Assembly (NCBI RefSeq): GCF_009914755.1
Contig: NC_060934.1
Reading direction: 5' to 3' (one strand)
Source: the human T2T-CHM13v2.0 reference genome, Homo sapiens
DNA: 64,000 bases
Shown one piece after another: positions 1-17,386 of the stretch (the first letter of the stretch is position 1; every line of letters begins with the position of its first letter). Position numbers and translations under genes: made by a program. Below the pieces are notes generated by a model. The model was not told the DNA's origin, did not search any database, and saw nothing but the letters and a program-made list of their open reading frames with translations.

Positions 1-465
1 TGGGAAGGCCCTGAAATTGTTTCGATTGAGTCTCAAATGTCCTTCTTTTGTTATGTTCTTTCTCCTGTGCTGGCTTAAGTTCCTCCAGCCTCACCCCACC
101 CCATATTTTCTGGCATAGTCATTTCCTTTTCTTAAATCCCCTGCCCCTATCCAAACAAACACCAAGTATTGCTTCATTTTCATCTTTAAAGTACTCACAA
201 ATGTTAACTCAAGGAGTCCCTTGTGCCTAGAGAAAGCCCACCTACACTGACCCCCTTACTTCCATACTTCCTCGCTTTCTTAGGCAGAAATAATGAGGGT
301 CCAGAACTTCAGCCCTCCTGACTCCAGCACTCACAGCCTGCAGCCACTGTCGACCTTGAGACCACAGTACTAATCCCATTTTACCCTTTGCCTCTAGTTC
401 AGTCCCAGCAGCTCCTGACTCCCAGATCACTTCTTATATCTTGCGTTCTAATGATTATTAGATTA

Positions 466-765
<300 letters not shown>

Positions 766-1786
766 GATTACAGTTCTGCCTATGGCTTTTCTGTCCTTCC
801 CTGTAACTGCTCTTTATCTCCCAAAAATCCCCCTCCACTGTGTTCATTGAAACTTATGGTCCATTCATCAGCATAATCCGTTAAACCTCAACTTCTCTCT
901 CAAACCAGTCAGTTTTGCCATGGTGCAACATGATCATTACTAAAACCCACCATGCTATTCGAAATGACCTTATAAAAACCACAGAGTTTATGGAAAAAGT
1001 AGCATTGGGGCACAATACTCAAATACTTTGCCAGTGACACCTTAAAAAAATAGTAACCTAATTAAAAGAGCAGCACAGTTTTCCATATGTTAAATGGTTA
1101 GGAAGGATATTACAAGAAATACGGCACTTTACCTTGAAAAAGACATGAAGTGTGCCTATGGAAGTGGGTCACAAGGAAATCAAACCAGAACTAAATAACA
1201 ATACAGTAACCAGGAAACCCCCCAGATAACTGAAAATGATATAGTACACTTCTCAGTAAACCATGGATCAAAGACGAAATCACACTGGAAATTAGAAAAT
1301 GTTTTGAGCCAAATGATAATAAAAATGATACATCAAAATCTATAGTCTGCAACTAAAGCAGCGCTTAGAAGAAAAGTTATTCAGTTTTAAATGCACATAT
1401 TAGAAAGAGAATATTCAAAGTCAATGATCTAAACTTTCACTTCAAAAAGCTAGAATCCAAACAGCAAAATAAACCCACAGAAACTAAAGCATGGAAATAA
1501 TAGATGAAGGAGGAAACTCATGAAATAAAAAAAGACAAAACATGGAGAAAATCAACAAAACCAAAGTTGGTTTTTGGAAAGATTAGTAAAACCAGTAATC
1601 CTTAGGAAAAAAAAGAAAGAGAAAAAACACTTATAACAAATATCATGAATGAATAAAAGGACAGCATTCTGGATCCTATGACATTAAGGAAATACTAAGG
1701 GCCAATGCCTAATTTAAAGAAAATTCCAGGCCCAGAATTCACTGGTGAATCCTAGTTAACTTTTAAGGAAGACGTAATCACAATAA

Positions 1787-2171
<385 letters not shown>

Positions 2172-2352
2172 TAAGGCCAATATAACATTGGTGAAAGGAC
2201 ATTACAGGAAAACTACAGACTAAGAGTCCTCATAAATATAAACACAAAAATCCTTAATAAAATATAAACAAGTCAAATTTGGTAATATTATAAAAAGGAT
2301 AATATGTCAACAAAAAGGACAATTTATTCTAGGATAGAAAAATACTTTAACA

Positions 2353-2665
2353 GCTATGATTTTAATGGTTCCTCAAAAATTCATGTATTGGAAATTTTAC
2401 CCCCAATGCAATAGTACTGAGAACTGGGGCCTGATGGGAGGTATTTAGGACATGGTGCTTCCACCCTCATGAATGAATTAATGCTGCTATTAAACGGGCT
2501 TGCTGGAGTGGGTTCCCTTTTCCTCACGCTTTCACCTTCCACCCTGAAAGAACAGTGCTTTCATCTTGAACTTCCCAGCCTACAGAACTGGGAGAATAAA
2601 TTTCTATTCTTTATAAATTACCCAGTCTGTGGTATTCTGTTATAGCAGCACAAATGGACTAACAC
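2353..2665 (+). mobile_element. MaLR LTR (MST/MLT1A family)
   Basis: Starts gctatg...; ends aataaatttctattctttataaattacccagtctgtggtattctgttatagcagcacaaatggactaacaca. Confidence 0.8.
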
Positions 2666-2756
2666 AATGTAATTCACCACATTAGCAGAATAAAGAGGCA
2701 AAACATTCAATTATCTCAGTATCTGAAAATAAAGCTCTAGATAAAAGTCAATACTG

Positions 2757-2950
2757 GGAAGGTGCGGTGGCTTACGCCTGTAATCCCAGCACTTTGGGAG
2801 GCTGAGGCAGGTGGCTCACTTGAGGTCAGGAGTCCGCGACCAGCCTGGCCAACTGGTGGAGGTTGCAGTGAGCCAAGATCCAGCCTCTGCACTCCAGCCT
2901 GGGCAACAGAGCAAGACTCTATCTCAAAATAAAAACAAACAGACCAACAA
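2757..2950 (+). mobile_element. Alu with an internal deletion
   Basis: TSD aaaagtcaatactgg; left arm fused to the distal right arm. Confidence 0.9.
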
Positions 2951-4419
2951 AAAAGTCAATACTGGGTCATAGATAAAAGTCAATTGTCCATCAACAAGAG
3001 AATATATAAACTAATTATGCTATATTCACAGGATGGGATACTACTCCATGATACCCACAAACCAATAATAGAGGGAATTTTCTCAACTGGATAAAACGTG
3101 GCAACAAAAAACGTGCAGCTACTATCATTCTTAATAATAGACTGTTGAATGTTGTCCTCCTAAGTCAGAAATACAGTAACGATGTCTACTCTTACCACTT
3201 CTGTTCAATATTGTACTAGTGGTTGTAGCCAGTGCAATAAGGCACCAAAAAGAGATAATAAAAATTGGAAAGAAATAATTTAGACTGTTATTCAAAGATA
3301 ACATCGCTTTGTACATAGAAATCCTAAGGAACCAACAAGTTCCTAGAACTAATTTGAGTTTAGCATGATTGTGGGTTACAAGGGCAATGCAGAAAAATCA
3401 ATTATATCTGTATATACCAACAAAAAACAATTAGAAAATTAAATTTTTTTAAGTTACCACTTAGAATAAATGACATTAAATACTTTTGAGTGGAGAGTAC
3501 TCAAACCTAAAAATTAAAAACATTGCTGAGATAAAGGAGACATAATAAGAGTGATATACAATCTTCATGGAATGGACTAGCTTAGGGGTATTAAGATTTC
3601 AGTTCTCCCTAAACTAATATTTAGATTCAGTGCAAGCCCGGCAGATGTTGGGGTAGGTGGGAGGCAGTGGAATTATATTGCTGATGTGAGTGTAAAATAG
3701 TACAACCTCTTTGAAAAAACTGGCAATTGCTGATAAAGTTAAACACAGAGTTACCTGTGACCCACAGATTCTACTCCTAACCAAGGGAAACAGGTAAGTG
3801 TGTCCACTAAAAGACTTTTCCAGAAATACTGATTAAAGCTTTATTCATGATAGGTCAAAAGTGGACATAACTCAATTGTCCATCAACAAGAGAATGCATA
3901 AACTAATTATGGTCTATTCACACAATGGAATACTATTCAGTGATAAAAAGAACAAACAACAGATACACGTTAGAACATGAATGAGTCGTGAAAATATTAT
4001 TTATGGTGATTGAAAGAAGCCAGACACAAAAAAAGTACATATTGTAAGATTTCATGTGACGTTCAAGAATATGTAATACTAATCTCTGCTGTTGGAAATC
4101 GGAAGAGAAGTTGCATGTAGGGTGTGGGCACTGATGACAAAAGGGCACGAGATAATTTTCTGAGATAATGGAACTATCTTATATTTTGATGTGAATGGAG
4201 ATCACACTTGTGTCTGTGCGTGTGTGTGTAGACGTATCTCAAGCTGTACACTTAAGATTTATGCATTTTAACATGTATAAATCATACCTCACTAAAGTAT
4301 TAATATGTATATATATATATATTCTCCCCCTCATTCCCATCTCCCTTCCTGCTCTATTTTTCTTTTTTCACACTTACCCTATTCTGAGTTACTACATTAT
4401 TTCTTACTTGATTTTTACA

Positions 4420-4885
<466 letters not shown>

Positions 4886-5506
4886 ATATGCCTTATGGTT
4901 CTGATTGTGTAATTAAAAGCTTTCTTTCCCGTTAAAGGAATGGCCAACAAATGGAAGAAACAATGGCTTTCCTCTCACTCCTGAAACCAAAATGGTGCTG
5001 AAGGTAGACTCTTTCAATTCACATAGGCAGCCACTCTCTGAACAAAACAAGGACTCGGAATCACAGAGTCACCACTAATCCTCTTCTACTTTTCTCTTTT
5101 CTATAATACTTCTTCTTCCTCTTGTCACTTTATCACTAAACTCAAACGCTGAGTCTTTCAGCAGTGGCATACTTAGCATATTTGACATCAACAGCATATC
5201 ATTGTTAGCCCACCCACCCCCAAGAGGCCAAAATTATTTTTAGTAATAGCCGTGCAATGAAATAAATCATAATAATGGCCAGAAAATAAACACAGTGAAA
5301 ATTGATTTTAACTCTCTCTGTATGATTATGCCAGAAAAAACATTGTTAATAAAATTAAAATTAATATTATGATACAAAAAAAGAAAAAGGTAATGAATTA
5401 ATTCTTTTTAATTGGATTTATATTTTTATCTTGAAAATGAGGGGAAACATTTTTATCTATGTTCAATCTCAGTAATGAACAATAACGTGTTCTATTTTAA
5501 AGTCTA

Positions 5507-5854
<348 letters not shown>

Positions 5855-6769
5855 TCATGCAACAGTGGGCTGAGTCTCTCAATCTAGGTATGTATGCTCA
5901 CCGATGACCAAAGTACACTTCATTCACTTTTGTTTGAAAGCCTTTGTTTCCCACAAAGCCACAGATACATGAATAGTTTGGAAAAGTTTTAAAGACAAAG
6001 ATAAGTTTGGCAGAGATTTTACAATAAATCCCAGAACTTGCAATAATGTCTATGTGTTTATTTCTTCAGGATAAATTCTAGCAGGTTTCAGATGTACCCA
6101 CAGTCAAGAAATCTTAAACAAAATTAAAAATGTCAAGTGGTCACATAGAATGACAGATTGAAGCAATTCAATTTCTGGTTTCTTTGTCTTTACAATCACT
6201 GTGCTGTCTTTTTAAATTTTTAATCCACTGTTTAAACACAGGGATGCATATGAGTATCACAGGTTTTGGAGGCCTAAACCACGCCTGAAGTGAGTGCCAA
6301 TGATTCTAAACCATGACAAACTGAGTCTCAAAGCAATCATTGTGTAGCTGAGTCCACGTGCATCTTAGTCTGTGTGCGGTTATGTAACTGGACATTCTCC
6401 AAGTTAACTTCTATGTAGACTTCAGTGTGTATGAAAACAGAAGCTAAAATGTTCTTATTTGAGACATACATATATAGCACTAAAATTCAGCAGGAAACCG
6501 TGGTTGTTCAGAATCTAAAACAATAAAAAAAGAGGGGGTGGGATATTTTATCAATTTTACATAAAATTGCTGCTCCACGGTGATGATAAAAAGCCAAACC
6601 CCTTTCAGTCACTTTTCTCCTTGCTTTCCACTTCTCTACAGACAGTGCATCCTCTTAGTGCCTGTTCCCAGGGCTGACTGGTCCCACTGCCCTGCCCCTG
6701 GGGTGCTACTGAACTTCAGAGAAAATTTTTACAGTGTCCTGTCAAAGTTAAATAAAAATATACAGATGA

Positions 6770-7326
<557 letters not shown>

Positions 7327-7988
7327 TTATGAGAAAGTTCAGTGTTAGGTATTGTTTTGGAAGAAAGCTCATTGGCACTAGAGCTTTGAGGAGCTGGCAA
7401 GCCCTGACTGGTGAGTGACGACAATAGGTAAAACTAGTCTTAGGGTGGTCATGGCAGGTCGTTTCAGCAGCTACCAGGTAAAACATACCTAAGGGTTACA
7501 GCAGGTCGTTTCAGCAGCTGGGCTTGGGGATGATTCCTGAAGCAGGTGCTATGTGCCTTGAGTGCTTTTCCCTCCCAGGTCCCTTGACTTTTATTTAGTT
7601 GGGTATGACAAAAATAACTCAATTTCTATAATCAATTCTCACAGTGCTGGCTCAGTGTCCTCTGACACCCCACCCTCCCTAACCTAGGCATGCAGAGAGC
7701 AAGTCAAAGAGTCTTGGCACCAAGTTTCACTGCCCAGAACGCTCAGGTAAGCAACTGGGAAGTGTCATGGAAAGAGGATGATGTGCGAGGGACTTCAGCC
7801 CCTGAGTAACAGTGCAGGGCGAACGTCGGAGGAACTCAGGACCATTCATTGCCTTTCCGTGTGGGTCTGTCTGATGATTTACATAGAAAAGGGAGCATGG
7901 AACGAGAAGTAGTGATCTGATTCTGATGACAGACACTGGAAAACTTTGAAAATGAAAAGAGGAAAACACATGTTTAAAAATGGCTTTT

Positions 7989-8280
7989 GTGCTGGGCACG
8001 GTGGCTCATGCCTGTAATCCCAGCACTTTGGGAGGCCGAGATAGGCAGATCACTTGAGGTCAGGAGTTCGAGGGCAGCCTGGCCAACATGGTGAAAACCC
8101 ATCTCTACTAAAATACAAAAACTAGCTGGGCATGGTGGCGGGCACCTGTAGTCCCAGCTACTCAGGAGGCTGAGGTAGGAGAATCGCTTGTACCCTGGAG
8201 TCAGAGGTTGTGCAGTGAGCCGAGATCACACCACTGCACTCCAGCCTGGGTGACAGAGCAAGATTCCGTCCCAGAAAAAA
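7989..8280 (+). mobile_element. AluS
   Basis: Full dimer. Confidence 0.95.
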
Positions 8281-9277
8281 TTTACAAAAGGCTCTTTCTG
8301 TAAAGAATGCCAATGACAGTCATTCATGTGGACACGCAGCCATTTCACTCATCACCATACAGCATATTAACAATAGTCCACATCACCACATATGTGTCAC
8401 AGTAAGTGCTTTTAATTGGACAATGTGTACTCTGTCTTTCTATATCACAGTTTATATAACTCACGTAGCCTAAGCTAGCCTATGTGCCCACAGGTTGAAA
8501 GAATCTCACGGAACGTTAGTCCCATGAATTTTTTGTCCCCAGTAAAAATCTGAATGCTGGGAAGCTCTGGGCTTTCCACAGTTTGGAACGAAATTCCTGT
8601 TACCTCCTTTTGTTTACAAGTCTCTCTCCATGGCCATCATAGCCACTGCTACTGTGCTTCCATCTGTTTGGATTCAGGCTAACTTTGAGAGGCAAGATGG
8701 AAACTTCTAGTGCTTCAACAAGCAATTATTTGGGATTGTTTCTCGCTCATTAATCAAGAAGGCAGGCACATGAAGTTCTGCTCTCTGAAGTGCTTACGGT
8801 GTTATCCACCAGTTAAGGGGATTATGAACTATCCCTCACTGACTCAGACGTATGACAACAATAGGTTCCAGATGTCCCAAAAGTTCTGATTTCAAATATT
8901 CTGTGTCCCAGTGCTTCATTCAGAAAATAGGGTTTCTGTACTCAGGGCTTGTGACTGCCCAGCTGTGTTACTTGAGTAGTGATGCCTGAGACAACAATGA
9001 GGTTTGTTTGCAGTGGTGGACAAACTGCTGTCTAGTACTGTTCAACGTTAAGCTTTCTTTAGAGAGGAGAACAAGATGGTAGTGTCAGTGGACATGGCCC
9101 CAGACCACCCTGATGGCTGGCTTCATGGAAGTTGGTCACCCTCTGCAATCAGGAACCAAACCTTCACACACAGACTTGGCTAAATGGATTCAATTGCTGT
9201 TTCAAGATGTTTGCTCTTTCCAAGCAAATAAGTGATTGGGAAATTATGGTTCCTTATGAAAATAATAGACAACAAGT

Positions 9278-9549
9278 TTTTTTAAGAGACAGCCTGTTGC
9301 CCAGGCTGGAGTGCAGTGGTACAACCACAACTCACTGTAACCTCAGACTCCTGGGCTCAAGCAAACCTCCTACATAGCTGAGACTGCAGGTGCACACCAC
9401 CATGCCTGGCTAATTTATTTATATTTTGTGTAGAGATGGGGTCTTGGTATGTTGCGCAGGCTGGTCTTGGACACCCAGCCTCAAGGGGTCCTCCCACCGT
9501 GGCCTCCCAAACCACTGGGATTACAGGAGTGAGCCACTACTCCCAACCA
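9278..9549 (-). mobile_element. AluJ
   Basis: Diverged dimer with J-type ctcctgggctcaagc. Confidence 0.9.
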
Positions 9550-9576
9550 ACAGGCAACAATTTAAAATGATGATTA

Positions 9577-10003
9577 TATTAGTTTTCTATTGATACTGTG
9601 ACAAATTACCACAAATTTATGGTTTAAAACAACACAAAGTTATTATCTTTGATTCCGGAGGTCAGAAGTCCAAAAGAAATCGGTAGGGCTGTATTCCTCC
9701 CGGAAGCTCTAAGAGGCAATCTGTCTTCTTGCTTTTCTGGTATTCACACGCAGCCCCCATTACTCAGCCCTTGGTCTCCACCTCACTCTGATCTCTGCTT
9801 CAACTGTCACATCTCCTCAGTTTCTCCCACCTCCTTTTTTCTCTCATAAGAACCGTTGTAATTACATCAGATGCACTCGGATAATCCAAGATCATCTCCG
9901 CATCTCAACTGCTTTATTTAACCACATTTGCAAAGTCTCTCTTGCCACAGGGTGACATAGTCCTGGGGGTGAAGGGAAACAGGTGATTATTCTGCTTACC
10001 ACA
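9577..10003 (-). mobile_element. MLT1 (MaLR) LTR
   Basis: tattagttttctattgatactgtgacaaattaccacaaa...catttgcaaagtctctcttgcca...attctgcttaccaca. Confidence 0.8.
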
Positions 10004-10137
10004 ATGATCCTGACACTGTGCCATCACACAGAAGAGCATTTCTGATATGACGTTAATTGAAGGAAAATATACAATTGAAATTATTACATGGCATATAAAA
10101 ATGTACACATGAAATACAAAATCAAAATTAAATGAAA

Positions 10138-10428
10138 TGCCGGGTCCAGTGGCTCACATCTGTAATCCCAGCACTTTGGGATGCCAAGGTGGGCAGATCA
10201 CCTGAGGTCAGGAGTTCGAGACCAGCCTGGGCAATGTGGTGAAACCTCATCTCTACTAAAAATACAAAAATTAGCTGGGCTTGGTGGGCGCCTGTAATCC
10301 CAGCTACTCAGGAGGCTGAGGCACGAGAATCGCTAGAACTCAGGAGGCAGAGGTTGTAGTGAGCTGAGACTGGGCCACTGCACTCCAGCTTGGGCAACAG
10401 AGCGAGACTCTGTCTCAAAGAAAAAGAA
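10138..10428 (+). mobile_element. AluS
   Basis: TSD aaattaaatg. Confidence 0.95.
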
Positions 10429-10923
10429 ATTAAATGTGAAGAAAGTTCTGTAAAAGTAGCAAGAATACAGATGCTTTTCTTTCCCGTATCCCTCCTCCAA
10501 TGGAGAATATACCTTTTTTTAATGGTATATTCTGGAGAAAAACAAGATGTGACATTTATCAGAACACACAAAGATAGTAGTTAAAAATGAAAAAATAGTA
10601 CATATGTTTTCTTTATCTCAAGAATTAATTAAAAGTCTTATTTCCCTTCCTAATTTGTAATGAAATGGGAAATAAATAAATGAATGAAAGCAAAGTCAAG
10701 ATAGGTTCAGTCACATGACAGAATAGTTATCACTTCAATTTTACTTTCATGATTCAGTCAATAAATAAAGACAGCATAGTTATTCACAATATTAAAAGAG
10801 AAAGAAAAGGTAAAATATAAAGCTAGAGACCTGACTCTGTGCTGATTCTTTAGAAATTCAGTGTTTACAGTCTAAATGTAATTGTTATCAATTCTTATAA
10901 CAGTTTTCTTGAGCTATAATTCA

Positions 10924-11257
<334 letters not shown>

Positions 11258-11861
11258 GTGTGCATTTCCTGGTTCTGAGTACATACATGGGGTTGTTCAA
11301 GCACCACCGCTGTCTAATTTTATGACATTCCATCATCCCCTAAAAACAATATCCATTAGCAGTCACCCCTCATTTTCTCTTTCCACCAAACCCCTGGCAA
11401 CTACAAATCTTTTTCTCTCTATGAATTTATATATTCTGGACATTTTACATAAATGGAACCATACAGTATGTGATCTTTTTGACTGGCTTCTCTTGCTTAG
11501 CATGTTTTCATGGTGCATTCATGTTGAGGCATGAATCTGTATTTTATTCTTTTTCAGGGCCTAGTAATATTCTAGTGTGTGCATATATCTCTTTGTATTT
11601 ATCCATTCACCTATTGATGGACATTTGAGGTATGTCTACTTTTTGGCTATTATGCATAATGCTGCTATGAACATTCGTGTACAAGTTTCTGTGTGACAGA
11701 GTTTTCATTTCTCTTGGGTATATACCTAGGAGTGGAATTGCTAGGTCATATGGGAACTTTATGATTAACATTTTGAGATGCTATGGTCATCAAACTGTTT
11801 TTGGCCATCATACGGTCAAACTGTTTTCCAACCTGGCTGCACCATTTTACAGCTCTACCAC

Positions 11862-12262
11862 TGATATACTTTGGATATTGATCCCTGCCAACTCTCATGG
11901 TGAATTGTAATCCCCACTGCTGGAGGTGGGGCCTGGTGGGAGGTGTTTGGGTCATGGGAACAGATCCTTCATGGCTTGGTGCTGTCTTTGCAGTAGTGAG
12001 TTCTTGTGAGATATGGTCATTTAAAAGTGTGTGGCATCTCCCCCCTCTTTTGCTCTTGCTTTTGCCAAGTGACATGCCTGGTCCCCTTTCACCTTCCGTC
12101 GTAATTTTAAGCTTCCTGAGGCCTCCCCAGAAGCTGAGCAGATGCCAGCACCATGCTTCCTGTAAAGCCTGTAGAACTGTGAGCCAATGAAACCTCTCTT
12201 TTCTTTATAAATTACCCAGTCTAGTATATTTCTTTATAGCAAACCAAGAATGGCCTAATACA
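11862..12262 (+). mobile_element. MST (MSTB-like) solo LTR
   Basis: tgatatactttggata...ggcctaataca with perfect 5-bp TSD ACCAC (11857-11861 and 12263-12267). Confidence 0.9.
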
Positions 12263-12328
12263 ACCACCAATGTTTGAGGGGCCCAATTTTTAGATATCCA
12301 ACCTTGCCAACACTTATTATTGTCCAGG

Positions 12329-12643
12329 TTTTTTGTTTGTTTGTTTTTGTTTTTGCTTTTTGAGACAGAGTCTCACTCTTATTGACCAGGCTGGAGTGCA
12401 GGGGCGCAATCTTGGCTCACTGAAACCTCTGCCTCCTGAGTTCAAGTGATGCTCCCGCCTCAGCCTGCAAAGTAGCTGAGATTACAGGTGCCCACCACTA
12501 TGCTCGGCTAATTTTTGTGTTTTAGTAGAGATGGGGTTTCAGCATGTTGGTCAGGCTGGTCTCGAACTCTTGACCTCAGGCGATCCACCTGCCTCAGTCC
12601 CCGCAAGTGTTGGGATTACAGGCATGAGCCACTGCACCTGGGC
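12329..12643 (-). mobile_element. AluS
   Basis: TSD tattgtccag. Confidence 0.95.
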
Positions 12644-13999
12644 TATTGTCCAGTTTTTAAAATTATGGCCACCCTAGTGGGTGTACAATGATGTCTCATT
12701 ATGACTTTGATTTGCATTCCTGTAATCATAACGAGGTTGAAACATCTTTTCATGTGGTTATTGGCCATTTGCAAATTTTTTTTGGAAAAATGTCTATTCA
12801 ACTATTTCTTATTTTTTATTGTTGAGTTGTAAGACTTATTTATATATTCTGAATACAAGCCCTTTATCAGATATATGATTTACAAATATTTTTTCACTCT
12901 GTGCATATGTTATTAATTTTTTTAAAACCAAACACATTCTATGTTTGCTTATTTGAGATTACAATAATGCCAGAAAAAGTTCCTCTGGATATAATTCCTT
13001 TCACACTGGTATTTTTCTCTCCATTTCTTTCCTTCTGGTTTGAAAATCAATGTCACCATTCTAAAATTATTTAACATGTGATTCTCAAAAATATTACCTT
13101 GACATTGAATGTGTAGTTCATTTCTCTATAAACTGTTTCTCCTTTGTATCTTGCACTGCAGTTTTCATTGCCTTTTATCCATAAACAACCCAAAATAAAC
13201 GGTTTTCCAATAAGTGCTCTCACCTCTTGTGTCTTATTCATAAAATCGAGGCTAATATTCCATCTTGTAGCTCCAGATAGTCCCCACAGGCTGCTCCTGT
13301 CAAAATTCAGAATAACCAGGGATGAACTTCCTGCTGTGTTTAAGGGCTGCTTTTTTCTTCTTTCCTGCTGTCAGGACTGGCTGCTGTGCGTTTCAAACAT
13401 GACAGTCATTTTAGGCGCCATAATCCTTAATTGTGTAAGTGATAATGTCCGTCTAGGCTATCTCCAAATTTTAATAACCCAGAAGTTTATATAAAAGGGG
13501 ACATCAACCAAAGTAATTGTCCGGAATAAAATAGACATTGCTTTTCTGCGACTCTGATTATCTTTCCTTTTAGAGGGTATTGCTTTTGCTTTCTTTCTTT
13601 TCCTTCTTTTTCTGGCTGTGTTCATTCCCCTCTCCATCTTCAGGAAGCCATTGACATGCCCTCAACTCACACCACCTCTTTCTTTTAGCTTCTTCCTTGA
13701 AGCTTTTTCTATGAGAAGATAACCTTAACCTGACCTGAGTTTTTCATTCTGCTTTTAATGTAATTTTCACTCTTTGGGTCTTTCTTAAAACCTAAACTCT
13801 TAGCATTTAAGATCTTCTTCCAACACTCTTAGAAGGCATTTTGATAAAATGTTTTTCAGGGCAAAATACATTCTTACTCTGAAATGGGAGTTCTGTGTAT
13901 CTTTTGGTGATCGTGCAGCATGGGATAGTATTATTTGATAAGGCCAGGAAAGAGTGTTTGCACTGCAAAATCTGTGAATAGCTTAGGTTAGTATCTCAA

Positions 14000-14294
<295 letters not shown>

Positions 14295-14713
14295 TCAAAC
14301 TGTTATTGAAGATTCTGAGGACTTTTTTCTTGGCGGAGGGGAAGCCTTTAAAGCTTATATAGTTGATTTCATTTTCCTTTCTACCTGACTCTCATTCATT
14401 TAAAATTATCTGGAAATTCAACTGTGGCTTATGAATTTGATTAACTAAATGATCAATTAGATAATAAAGCAGATTATTGGACATCCACATAATGGAATAC
14501 TCCATCTCTAGTAAATAGAGCAATATGAAATAATGTTCATGTTAATGGAGAAAGCAGTTATAGGTTTGGTGTGATTATAACTATACAAATAAAAATGTTC
14601 TTGATACTGAAAGGAAATACACCAAAGTACTAATATAAGTAAGAGTGCACATTGTTCTTTCTGCTTGTCAGTAATTTCCAAGTGTTCTGCAAATACAGAT
14701 TTCATCGATTCTA

Positions 14714-15149
<436 letters not shown>

Positions 15150-15616
15150 TTATCATTGTGTGTGCATGAGCATCAAAACTGCCAAACTCTGCGTCTGTGC
15201 CAGCCACTTGGAAGGCTATCCCAGAGTCCAGAGTGGAACACTCATTTAAGAAATGCCACATCAACAACACCCTTGTTGGCACAGAGGACAAGATCTTTTG
15301 CAAAACACAAATCTTGATGATTTCATGTCAAAACTCATTTAGAGGAATTTGACTGCAAGCTGAAGTTTTAGTAATACCCTAACCAATTTGTTTTGCTTGT
15401 ATTTCTTTGAGCGTCTGTATGCCTCACGTATGCAGAAGAGTGATATATAATTAATTCATTTAACCTCAGCAAAAATAAGCCTATAAGAGTTTTTTTTGTT
15501 TGTTTAAAATGTCCTTTAAAAAACTTTTAAGTGATAGGAAAGCATAGGGGAGTTATATACATATATACATAGGTAAGTGCACACACACACGCACACACAC
15601 ACACGCATATATGTAT

Positions 15617-15921
<305 letters not shown>

Positions 15922-16000
15922 TAGTATATTTTGAAAGCATATTTTCTTCCTTAGCATTATATAAACTAATGGTGCATACAATCTATGGCATCTTAGATAT

Positions 16001-16362
16001 CGCTGCATGTAACACACTCCAAATAACAGTGGTTTCAATGAAATGGAAAGGTATTTCTCTCTCCCACAACTGTTCGTGGGTGAGTGATCTGCGGTTGGTA
16101 TAGTATGTACTTGACAAAGTCACCTAGAGATTTGGGCTCCTTCAGTCATGTCACTTATCCATTTCTAGGTTGTTCCTCTAATCCATGTGGCTTGCCATCA
16201 TACTTGTGCTCCTAGTGGTAAGAAAAACAAGGTGAAAAAAAGGAACATGCCCTCTCCCTTCAGCATATACCACAGAAGCTACACACATCACTTCCTTACA
16301 TAACCCATGAGCCTAGGCACATAGACCCACCCAGCTAGCTGCAAGGGAGGCTGGGAAATGTC
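16001..16362 (-). mobile_element. Old MLT1 (J/K-like) LTR
   Basis: gctgcatgtaaca...aataacagtggttt; agctgcaagggaggctgggaaatgt. Confidence 0.6.
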
Positions 16363-16375
16363 TCTATTCCGCCTT

Positions 16376-16588
16376 AGAGGTCAGCAAACATTTTCTATAA
16401 AAGGCCAGGGAGTAAATATTTTAAGCTTTGCAGGACACAGAACATCTCCATTGAATAGTCTTTTTGTTTGCTTGTTTCTAAACATCGCCTTACAAATGTA
16501 AAAACATTCTTAGCTTGTGGGCTATACAAAAACAGGAAACAAGCTGTGTTTGACCCACAGGACAGTTAGGACAGTTTGTCAATCCTTG
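16376..16588. mobile_element. MER58 (hAT-Charlie) DNA transposon
   Basis: aggtcagcaaacattttctataaaaggccag...aaacattcttagcttgtgggctatacaaaaacagg...agtttgtcaatcc. Confidence 0.75.
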
Positions 16589-16627
16589 TTCTAGACTGTC
16601 TAGACACATATAAAGCTAGAATTCCAT

Positions 16628-16909
16628 TCTTTTTTTTTTTTTTTTTTTTTGAGACAGAATCTCACTCTGTCACCCAGGCTGGAGTGCAGTGGCGTGATCT
16701 CAGGTTCAAGCTATTCTCCAGCCTCAGCCTCCCCATTAGCTGGGATTACAGATGCCTGCCACCACACCCAGCTAATTTTTGTACTTTTTAGTAGAGACAG
16801 GGTTTCGCCATATTGGCCAGGCTAGTCTCGAACTCCTGACTTCAGGTGATCCACCTGCCATGGCCTCCCAGAGTGCTAAGATTACAGGCGTGAGCCACCA
16901 CACCTGGCC
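16628..16909 (-). mobile_element. AluS (small internal deletion)
   Basis: Dimer lacking about 25 nt of the right arm. Confidence 0.92.
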
Positions 16910-17082
16910 TTTAACAACTGTATTTAATGAGCACATATTACTAGTTAAATATCAACATTTTAGAGAAAAAAAAATGTGTTAATAATTTAGACTATCCATT
17001 CACAAGCCTTTGTTTTTCATCGAATGTGATTTATAGCATAGTGATACATTACAAATAAAATAACTGTTAAAAGTTCAAAGCT

Positions 17083-17386
<304 letters not shown>

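Noticed and set aside
7428-7520. About 47-bp tandem repeat containing gcaggtcgtttcagcagct
   Set aside because: Ordinary internal U3 repeat of the LTR.
13144-13494. 116-aa ORF in apparently unique sequence
   Set aside because: TTG start, no recognisable domain, and a length compatible with chance.
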